Positions 20,801 through 32,800 of a DNA stretch of 64,000 nucleotides are shown here, piece by piece (position 1 is the first letter of the stretch; every line of letters starts with the position of its first letter). The notes below the pieces were generated by a model. The model searched no databases. It was not told the origin of the DNA and worked only from the letters and a program-made list of their open reading frames with translations. The stretch lies in the IMG/VR virus record IMGVR_UViG_3300031857_000055, positions 1-64,000 of that record; one strand, 5' to 3'. The stretch is from a virus. A program made the translations under genes and the position numbers.

Positions 20801-23800
20801 TCGTGACGGGACATACTTCAAAGTTCACACACTGAACGAAGGCGATAGCATGTCCTTCGCACAATTCAACGTGAGTAACTTTGAACATGGTATTGTGTTC
20901 AACAACACCACACTATTCAATGACGTAATCTATAATCTTGTTACTGGATTAAGACAAAACAGAATTACGTTGCGCGGAACTAAGACCAGCGAGTGGAACG
21001 GAACCGTAGACGCTTGGGGCTTTATCATTAACCAAGACAACGTAAAAGAGTGGTCAAAGGATGTTAAGTATCCAAAGGGTTCAATCGTTCTCCACAAGAA
21101 CAAATATTACACTGCACTAAGATTGTCAGAACCATCAACTGTCTTTAACGACCTTGATTGGAAATTAATCAACTATGAAGATGTGCAGAAAGGTCTGTTG
21201 CCTAACTCAGCGACTCGTTCGTTTGAAAGCACACTATATTATAACTGCAATGAAGCTAACCTAGAACAGGATGCTGATCTATTATCGTTCTCTTTGATCG
21301 GCTATCGTCCAAGAGATTATCTCGCATTAGCAGACTTGACAGATATTACCCAAATCAATGTCTACAAGAACATGATTAAGAACAAGGGTACTGTTAATGC
21401 GGTAACTGCATTTGACGGCGTTAACTTGCCTCAGGGCGGCATTGAATATGAAGTTTATGAAAACTGGGCAATCAAGTCAGGTGACTATGGTGGTTTGCTA
21501 AGTCAAAACTTTGTAGAGTTTAGGGTTGACCAAAATCTTTTGACCGGTAATCCAAGCATTGTATCATTGACCAATGGCGTCTACACTGAAGGCTCTCAGC
21601 AAGAAGTGCCTATCTATAGTTTGTTTAATTACGGTGATACTATTACTGATCCAAATGTATTGGCAGTAACCACTGACCCATATAATAATCTGTATCCATC
21701 AGCCGGTTATGCTAACTTTAACGATGTGAAAATGTCGTCCTTCTACTACGGCGGATTGCCTAATGGAGTCAACAAGGACGGTATAGTCGTTCCTATTCAG
21801 AATTTCTATGTAAGAGACTATCTATGGTTAGCAAGCTTTAAAGAAAAGTGGGGAATCTTTTCTTGGAGTCCGATCGGCGAGGTAGTTGAAGTAGCTGCGA
21901 ACTTAAACAACACTGCGACAGTGACGTTTAGTAAGCCGCACAACCTAAAGAATCTAGATCCAATTGCAATCGTCAACTTCAGCACGAATGTAGACGGCTA
22001 CTACATTGTAACACAGGTTGTTAACTTGAATCAAGTAATAATCAACTTGAGTATTTCTAATATCGGGTCAGAAAGTATCACTGGTTCAGGCGTAGGTATG
22101 TTTATCTACAGTCAGCGAGTAGCACAGCCAGGCGATATCAATACTCTACCTCTATTGGAAGCAGAGTTCAGCAAGAATACTGTCTGGGTAGACGAAAACA
22201 CTGACGGTGGCTGGGCAGTATATAGAAAAGGCATCAACTACGCTAGACAGGGTGAACTATCCACAACTACTTCAAGTACATTTGGTAATAGTGTTGCATT
22301 TACTGAATCTGCTGGTTACTTGGTCGCCGACTCAGCGAATGGAGTAGTATACAGATACTATTATAAAAATTCTAATTACGACCTAGCTGAAACTATTACC
22401 AATGACACCAGTTTTGGTGAGAAGATTGTACACAATGATAACACATTCGTTATTTCACAACCTACTACTGATCCTACTGTATACATATATGCATGGAATG
22501 ATACTGCTTTAGCAAACGAGTTGTTGCTAACTCAAACGATTGCTGCACCGATGGGAGTGACCGATTGGGGAAGTGAATTAGCTATTTCCGGCGATGGTAA
22601 TTGGGTCTATGTTTCAGATACGTTGAACACTCAAGTATATGTTTACAGAAAGAATAATCAAGAATTTTCTGCTGGTTATTTTGTCCCAACACAAACATAT
22701 GTAATTACTGAGTTGGGTACTACTGACTTTACTGCAATTGGTGCAATTGAAAACAGTGTTGGTATTACTTTTGAAGCAACAGGAATAGGATCTGGTACTG
22801 GTACAGCAATCAATGCTACATACGAATTAGTAAACATAATTGAAAATCCTGACATAGTGACGGCCGGTTCATTTATTATTGGAGAAGAATATAAAATTGC
22901 TTCATTAGGAAATACTGATTTTACATTAGTTGGCGCAGCATCAAATAATGTAGGGGTAGTATTTACTGCTACTGGCCCTGGCACTGGGACCGGAACTGCA
23001 TCAGCACAAAGCAACGGTTTTGGTACTGCAATCTCTACCGATTTTGACAGTGATTGCTTGTTCATCGGCGCACCCAACAAAGACTATAGCGTAAGCGTAA
23101 CTAATTGGGGAGAAGTTTACTTCTACCAACGTTCTGTGCAAAACTTTGAATCAACTGCTGTATCTACGTTAACGCAGCCGCAATTCTTTGCATTAGGATG
23201 GACACCTGATACTGCAACTAAAGCGGTAACAGCTACCTCTGACAGCACTGACAGAATCACATTGGCGAACGTATCTGGAATCAGTGTAAATGATGCTATT
23301 ACTTTTGTGGGCACCGGTCTAGCCGGAACAGATATTATTGCATACAAAACATATTATGTAGCCGGTATATCCGGTAGTGCTATTACTATTAAGGAATCAA
23401 GATCAACTAATGCTATAGTTCAACTATCTACCGTTTCGAGCATTTCTAATGCGACGGCTCACGTTCAAAGTGAATTGCTGCTCGTAAATGTCAACGGACG
23501 TATGGTTCAGGACAACAACTATGCAGTCGTAGGTAGTTCATTAGTATATACTGGTTCACTAAATGCAGGAGACATTGTAGAAGTCAGTGGTAACGATTTT
23601 TATAATGTTCAAACGTTCAACGCTGCTTCTAATAGCGCAATCAACATTCAATTTGGGTATGATTTGGACGTTACACGACAAGCATCTGAACTATTAATCG
23701 GTAGCCCATATGAAATTGACTCTGAGAATAGAGAAGGTTTAGTATATAGATTTACTAATGGTGGTGCAAGATTTGGTATTGTAGTAGGTGAGAATCAATG

Positions 23801-26800
23801 CTTCCTATCAACAACCCGCAGCGTTTTAATCAACGGGTATCAAGTCACATTGGCTGCTGGTACTGCCGCTGCCGTCGCCAATCAAATCGTAAATTCACGA
23901 GTACCTAATATTACTGCATCTGCAACTACAGACAATAAACTTATCATTCAAGTAGTTGATCCAAACTTAGCAGAAATCAATAATAAGTTGATGGTCACTG
24001 CATTTGATACTGCTACTTTAGATGAATTGGGTATCAGTGTGTATTCACCTACTCAAGTAATTCCCTGCCCTCACAAAGAAGGCCCAACTGAGTTTGGTAA
24101 GACAATTAAGTTTAACCAGTTTGATTCAGTTGTAATTGCTGCCCCTGCAGGTCCTAACTTTGTAGCCACCACATTTGACTTCACCGATGACGAGAATCTA
24201 GATAATGACACGGTGTTTGACAACAATGCAACCAGATTCCTTGAAGACTATCCTAACGCCGGCGCAGTCTACATGTTTGACCTGTTGACAAACAATAACG
24301 GTAGCTTGTTGAATCCGGGTGCATTCGTATACGCTCAGCCTTCTAACAGCGCAACTTTAGATTTTGTCATCAATCCGTACTACGGCGAAGCTGTTGACTT
24401 CTACGACAACACAGTTATTGTGGGTGCTCCTAACCAGATAATCAATCCATCGCAAGTAGGACAAGTAACAACATTTGTTAATGCAACTGGCGTGAGAAAC
24501 TGGTCAGAGTTCCGTCAAAGCGCACCAATCGTAGATATTAACAAGATTCAAAACACCCAGTTGTTTAGTGCAAGCACAAATAATACCCTAATAAATCTTG
24601 ATTACATGGATCCGTTGCAAGACAAGCTATTGGGTGCGATAAGAGAAAACATTGATTATGTTTCACCGGAAGATCCTGCCAGATACAACGTTGATCCACT
24701 AAACATATCTGCTAATACATGGGGAAGTCAACAGGTAGGAAAAATCTGGTTCAATACATCAACCGTCAGATTCGTAAACTATCATCAGAATGATGTAGTT
24801 TATAATAGTGAGTATTGGGGAACAGTGTTCCCAGGCTCAGATATCTCAGTATGCACCTGGGTAGCCAGTAATGTTCTTCCCGGTCAATATCAGGGACCTG
24901 GAACTCCTATTGACGCTACAAAGTATGCAGTCGGTAGTAGATTGAATGCGTCTAACATCGTTACCCCAGTTTATTATTTCTGGGTAAGAAATAGCGGTCT
25001 AATCGTTAAAGAGCGTGAGAAGACCCTATCGGACGCAGTTCTTGCTTCATACATTGCAAATCCACAAAGTTCAGGCATTGCATATATGGCACCTCTGTTG
25101 CCTAATACTTTTGCGCTGTACAACTCAGCAGAATATATCAACGATGCTGATAGTGTTTTCCATATCGGATTTGCTACTAACCAAGACACGGATGTTCCAC
25201 ATAACGAATTTAAGTTAATTCGCCAGAACTTCCCTGATGACTTCTTACCAGGACTGATGCCAGGTGAACGGCCATTCTCTCTATATGCAAGAATGCTTGA
25301 TAGTTTGTCAGGAACTACTATTAGTGGGGAGATCGTACCTAATCCGTTCTTGCCATTAGCAGTACAGTCAGGCGTATTAGCAAGACCAAGACAAAGCTTC
25401 TTCTACAACAGATTTGAAGCACTAAAGAACTACTTGACATATGCTAACGCAGTTCTTGTACAGTATCCTATTACTGAAATAAAGCCGGACATTTCGTTCG
25501 CTTTCGTTTCAGATGAATTTTACAATACCGCAGATTATTGGGAATACATCAACTGGTGGGCACCTGGTTATAACAATAGCACAAGAGCTTTTGTGCAGGT
25601 ACCGCTATACGCTGACTTAGCAGAGCTTGTAGTAAATCCAGACACTCTTGTTAAGGTGGATAACAACGGTACCGGCTCATTTGAAATCTATCGTTATGAC
25701 GGCGAAGGAGTTTGGACACGAGTTGGTCTAGAAAACGGAACAATCCAATTCAGTAGTGCATTGTGGGAGTATGCTAAGTTTGGCTTAGGATACGGAAACG
25801 ATTTCTATGATACTATACCATACGATGACTATCCAAGTGAAGCAACAAGAAATATCATTCGCCTCCTAAACGAGCAAATCTACACTCAGGAGTTGTTGAT
25901 TCACAGAAATAAGAGTCTAATTCTACTCTTAGAGTATATCCAAACGGAAACGATAGAGTCACAAAATTATTTGCCTTGGCTTTCTAAAACATCATTGATG
26001 GATGTATTCCACACCGTTCGTGAACTAAGACCGTTTGAAGTATTCAAGAGCGACAACGTTGAATTCTTAGAAGGTTACATTAACGAAGTTAAACCTTATC
26101 ACGTAGTCCTTAAGGAATTCTTAGTCAAGTATGATGGTATGGAAGTCTATGACGGAAACTTCACTGACTTTGATGTTCCCGCAACATATAATAATAATTT
26201 TGATCAGTACATAAGCCCGCAGCTTGTATTCACTGACCCTGATAATGAATATACGTATGATGAGAATTCACCAATCTGGTCTACTGCGCCATACACTCAG
26301 TGGTATCAGAATTATGGTTTGTCATTGACTGGACAAGAAAACTATCTCATAACTACACTAAAATCATATATGGATTTGGGGTCTAACGTAATGCTTGTAG
26401 ATAACGCTAGCGGATTCCCATCCAATGGCGTCATACAGATTGATGGCGAAATAATTTCTTATGCGTTTGTTGACAGAAACTTAAATCTGTTGGGAGGCTT
26501 GTCAAGAGGTCTTAACAACTCACAAGTGTCAGAACATATTCCTGACTCAGATATCTTCATTGATTTGCCTGCGGTGGTAGTGTTGGATGAAGGTTCCGGC
26601 TACACTCAAGTACCAAAAGTAATAGCACACGTTGATACTACATTGTATCCGGCACCTAGAAAAGAAGCAATACTACAAGCAGTGATGAGCGGCGGCAGAG
26701 TAAGTTCAGTTCAAGTTATTGATCCGGGCGCGGGCTATGTTGTTCTGCCTGAAATCAAAATTGACTCAGCATACACTATCTTGTTCTCCGACACAGACAT

Positions 26801-29800
26801 TAACGCAAGCCTAAACACAATTAATATCAATGCTCCTTTCCTTAGAACAGGTGAGATAGTTAAATTCAATAGTGGTACCGGTGGAGCAAAGCCAACTAAT
26901 CTTGTAGACGATTCTTGGTACTACGTTGGCGTTCTTGAATCACTGCCCTCAGTAATCATAGCTCTCTATACTAACTATAGTGATGCAGTAAAAGATCAAA
27001 ATAGAATTAATATTGCACCTGGTTTAGCTTCTGATGATATGTCGCTTTCTCCGGGCGCCAGAGCTTCAACTATCACAAGCTCAGCACCTACCAGAGAAAA
27101 TAATATCACGCTACGTTTCGACAGAACTACCTATAATTCTCAAGTTATTGATTGGGAATCAGGAACATTCTATGGTGCATTCTTTGCTGGTACCTACTAT
27201 AACAGCGACAAGATATCAAGTTCTGCCATCACGCTAGAAAATACTGAGCCAGATATCAACACTATCTTAGCAAGTGCCCAGGGCGTAGCACTACAAATTA
27301 GTGATGTTACTGATGAAGAGGAACTTGTTTGGTCTGCATTTACTCGTTATGTCAGCGAAACTTCAGCCATTGACAACTCAATTAGTTTGGTCCCGCAAGA
27401 TGGAAATAACCCTGACTTGTCAGAATTAGAACCTAATGCTTCAGGAACCACAATAGGTTTCTATATCGGAATGCCTATTAAATTCATTGGTACTGTAATC
27501 GGTGGCCTATCAGAAGGTGTAACATACTATGTTTCTGAAATTATTGATGAAATCAAGTTCTGTGTATCAGATACTATATCAGGATCCACAAGGGTACTTA
27601 ATAACGGAACAGTAAACGCACCACTACTTGAGTGCTATACAGGAAATATCAACGAAACTGTTATAGTTTCAGTTGAATATCCGGGTATTATTGAAGCAAC
27701 ACAAACTCAAAGCGTTACCAATGCTATCACGGTACCACTATCACCGGTTGGCACAGGGGGAACAATTGGTTTCTATACTAATCTTCCTGTATTCTTTACT
27801 GGTAACGTGTTCGGCGGAATAATTGAAAACTTTAATTATTACGTGACCTCTGTAATTGATAATCAGACATTTACAATCAGTGAAACACAAAACCCAGTGA
27901 CTACCACTGTCACTCAAACTAAGGCCACTGGAAACATTCTGGTTGTTGGATCCATTAATGGAATTTCTAGAAATGACCCAATCATCATTACTTCGTTGAC
28001 CGGCGGATTAGCTCTTAGCGGAATAGTTGCAGGTAAAACTTACTACGTAAGTCAATTTATTAGTCCGACTGAAATTACTATTTCTGAAGTGGTCAACGGT
28101 CCTGTGTTAGTTGTTTCTAATAGAGTCGGTACGGCTGTTCTCACTAACCAAAAGGATACAGTCAAGCTAACAAATGCAACCGGTTCAATGACAATGAACG
28201 TTTCTCTACCGGTAAGTCCAGGACAAGTTGACGGGCAGCTATTCACACTGTACCAAACTTCAGGGCAGTTTACCGATATTGCTCCTTCAGGTGCTAACTA
28301 TTCAGACCTAATTGACAGACAAATTAGAGCTACAATTGGAACAGTGAACAAGATTGCTATCTCTGAAAACGATGGCGGAACATTTAACTTCTATGTGAAC
28401 ATGCCAATTCAGGTACTACAAAATGTGGGCGGTCTAACTACCGGTACAACATATTATATCACTGAATATTCAGGAATGGTTGATCCGTTAAATAGTGAAC
28501 TTACACTACCTAACATTCAAGTTGAAGTTACTAACTCATCAGATATCGGAAACGTATTGACTTGCACAGTTGATCTTCTCAGAGGGTTCGATGGCACTGA
28601 TTCACTTTACGAAAAAATGCCTATTACGTTCCAAGGCACTGGTTTAGGTGGAATCGTAATTGATCAAGAATACTATGTAAAAACTATAGTAAGTGCTACA
28701 CAATTTACTGTTAGTGAAGTAGTTGATGGGCCTGTCAAAGTATTAACTCTCGCAAACGGCCTCATGGTTGGCACCGGCGACCCCTACATCAAGGTTTCAA
28801 CGTCAAAGGGAGGTTCAGCGGTTTCACTGACAGACAACAACAGTGCTACTTCTTCATTTACACAGTTTATTACAGTAGACCCAGTGTTTGACCTTTCATA
28901 TCTGTTAGGCGGATATAACGCTATTATCTCTACTCCGGGTGAAGGGTTTGCAATTAGCAACACTATCTTAATTCCAGGAACAGCGGTTGACGGAACTTCA
29001 CCGGCTAATGACATATTGTTGACAGTGAATACCATAGACGAAGATGGTGGCATCACATCAGTAATTCGCTCAGGAACTCCACCAAGCGTTGCAAATCAGT
29101 ACTACATGCAAGTCCGTTCAACAAACACACTTGCGGTGTATAAGAACAGCCTATTAACAATTCCAGCAACTCCTGCTGAATTTGATTATGTAGGTTACAC
29201 TACTGCAACTGTAACAGAAACCCAGGCATCAACTGATATTATTACCGTAAACAGCACAGCCGAATTTGCGGTTAATGATGCAGTAGTATTCACAGGTGAT
29301 GTTACTGGCGGAATGAACTTAGGTCAAACTTATTACATTCTAGACAACGGAAACTTCACTGCCACAACACTACAGATCAGTGATACTCCCGGAGGAAGTG
29401 TAATTCCTCTAAGCACTGCAACGTCACAGAATTATTCAATGGCTAAACTAGGAAGTGTTGCGTTTCTTCCGGAGCCATTCTTCTTCAATCAAAGTATTGT
29501 CAGGTACAACAACCGCGTATATGTTTGCGTAGTATCTAATAATGATGACGAGTTCATCTTTGGTAAGTGGGAACTTCTAGACAGCGGCGACCGTAGATTG
29601 AACGCAATGGATAGAGTCATTGGTTACTATCAGCCAACAAGCAACATGCCTGGTGTTGATCTACAGCAACTATTTGAGGGTACTACATATCCCAACCCAA
29701 CCTATCAGGGCAACAACTTTGACCCGAACTTACAGTATGGTGTTGATACTATATTGACCCCGCTTCCATTCTATCCTAGCGAAGTCGATATCAGCGGCAT

Positions 29801-32800
29801 TGTTTGGAACGGTGATAACTATTTGGCTAGTGCTAACTTGCCAGGATACAACGCTATCTTGACGAGTGAGGACGGCGAAACATGGACTATCAATCAGTTA
29901 ACAAATAACAATATTAATACTACGAGCATTTCGCAGTTGAATGGGTTCTATTTCTTAACCTCAGCTAACCCAACTGTTCCGCTTCTCAGAAGTGTTAATG
30001 GTGTAGCATGGTCTGCGGTATCATATTTTGTACCATTTGGAACAACTGAACTGGAGTTACAAAATCTCGCAGCACTGAACATCCCTTCGCTGTCACTAAA
30101 TGATGTTGCATACTGCACGATCGGTGATGCATGGGTATCAGTAGGTAGAAACATTTTAAGAAGCGAAGACGGAATTGTTTGGAGAGAGTTGACTGAGTTC
30201 AACCCTTCACTTGAATATGAACTTAATGCGGTATCATCTATAACAGGTGCAAACTGCCAAGGTTTGGTAGCAGTAGGTAAAGGTAAACAACCAGACTACT
30301 CAACCGGCGTAACACAACTTGTGCCGATTGGCTTGATTTTCTATAGCCAAAATAGCGTCAACTGGAATCAAATTCAACCCCTCACTGATAAAGGCCTCTA
30401 TGGTGTGTCAAGTGACGGAACTACTGTGATTGCAGTGGGCGAACGCCAAGTAATCTACTATACTCAAAATGGTTTTGACTGGGTAGGACTTAATGAAGTA
30501 GGATGTGTGTTTGTTGATAGCATCAACAATTACCTCAACGTCACTAACACTGCTGGGTTTAATGATGGATCGCTAGGAACTCCAGTAAGATTCAATCGTT
30601 CATTCTCTACTATAGCAGCAAATACCACTTACTATGTCAGGGAAATAATTTCATCTACTCAGGTAACACTATCTTCAACTCTTGATGGTAGCGTACTTAC
30701 CCTTTCAAGTGCCTCTGTTCCTGAAAATACAAGAATGTTTGTATACGATGCAAGTGACCCAATTCCAGCTACACTAAACGACATTTTGTATGCAAACAGT
30801 CTTTGGATTACGGTAGGTGATGAAGGTACTATCAAGACCTCAACAGACGGTATCGTTTGGGAAACTCGCACCAGCAACACTACTAACAACTTGAACAACG
30901 TTACATATAACGAAGATCAAGGCGTGTTCGTTGTAGTAGGAGAAAACAACACAATCCTAACAAGTGCTGATGGCATCAGTTGGGAAGAGACTTCAGTGTT
31001 TGATCCTATTGTACCAGTATATGATGTGAAGGGTGCAAACTTCCAATTCGGATATGCACCGGAAGAATTAGTAGCAGGCGTTGTAAGCGACAATCTCGCA
31101 TTGATTGTAAACACCAGACCAGGATCTAACTGGCCTGTTGTTGAATACGGACACACTGGATTCAATGTCAACTCTATTGAAATAGCACCAACTTTTGGAG
31201 AACAGGTAGAATATAGCTTTGCGAACTTAGTAAATGTTCCGGTAACACTTAGAGTGCAGGTTATTAATGGCACCACTGAGTTGGGAACTACTCTATCACC
31301 TGATGCTTATACTATTGATTGGATAAACAAGAAAATCATATTAGATCAGGCAATTAGTTTCTCTCCGAGACTTGATAAACTAAGAATTGATGTATACGAA
31401 GCAGGCAATGGCGATCAGCTTGTGAAGGCAAGCACGGATACTTATCCTATCATTACTGATAGCGACTTTGGTTTCAGAGAAATCAATCTACCTTGTAACT
31501 ACAGTGCTACTATCTTTGAGGGTGGTGGCGCTCTAAGACCCGGCACTGATAATGTGAACGTTAGAGTCTTTGAAACTGAATCTGTCACAAATCGTATTTT
31601 CTGCGATGAGGTAGCAGACTTCATCATTAACAGTCCGATATCATTCCAAGGTGTTCCGTTCGGTGGCTTGCAAGAAGAAACTGTTTACTATGTCAAGACA
31701 ATAAGCTTCGCAACCAATGCAATCACTGTGTCTACAGTTTTTGATTCATTGACCGGCATAGCTGGACCAACTACTGAGTTGACAGACGATACAGGCGAAA
31801 TGTTTGCAAACATTCAGAATGGTGTAGCTGCTGTTTGGACAGATCCACTCGTAGAACACAATGGCGAGAAATTAGTGTTTGGTGGTATTGGTCTCGTTAC
31901 TAGATCAAAATCTAGCAACAACGCACTGACCACTGGAACTACAAGCGGATTGATTGTTGGTACTCCTATCACCTTTGGTCAGGCTTCATTTGGCGTATTA
32001 GTACCCTTCCAAAGATACTATATTCAATCAATCATTGACGGTAACGAATTTACTATTTCTGAAACACAGGGCGGGCCAGTTCTAGCTCAGGATGATTTCG
32101 CAGGAACTACTACATTCGTGACTAATGATTACTCAATTGGACTTAGAAATGGTAATAAGGCAAAGTTAGTATTTGCAAACAATACCTTTACTAACGATGT
32201 TGACTATATATCCTTCTCAATCTTTGGCGAAACACAGCCAGCGCAGTATGGTTATGCTGTTCCGGAAACTCAGTATTACGCAGGAAATGGTTCAACCAGT
32301 CTATTCCAGTTAGCTAACTTTGTAGGCTTAGATAACCCACAAAATGCGATTGTGGAAGTGAACGGTGTTAGACAGACTATATCACAGTATACGATTGACG
32401 CTATCGCCAACACAATATTGTTTGATAGTCCTCCTCCCGCAAACTCAGTGGTTGCGGTAACTACGTACAACGATACATTAAGACAATACCTAACCAGTCA
32501 GTATGACATTACTGGTAACCCAGGTTCTTCGTTGCTTAACCTAACAGTTATAGAAACAGTAAACGAGCTAGGAACATATGACCAAGACGCTCCGGTAGTT
32601 CAAACATATGACCAAGATACTCCTGTTATTGTTCTCTATGATGAATTCTTGAACTATCTAACTTTGGGACCAGGCGATGACACCAGTGTATTGAATGTTA
32701 ACGATTCATTGCAGTTCAGCGCACCAACATTAGGCGGAATTGTTGCAGGACAAACCTATTATGTTCTTCAAATTCTTAACTCTACCGACTTCGTAATTTC

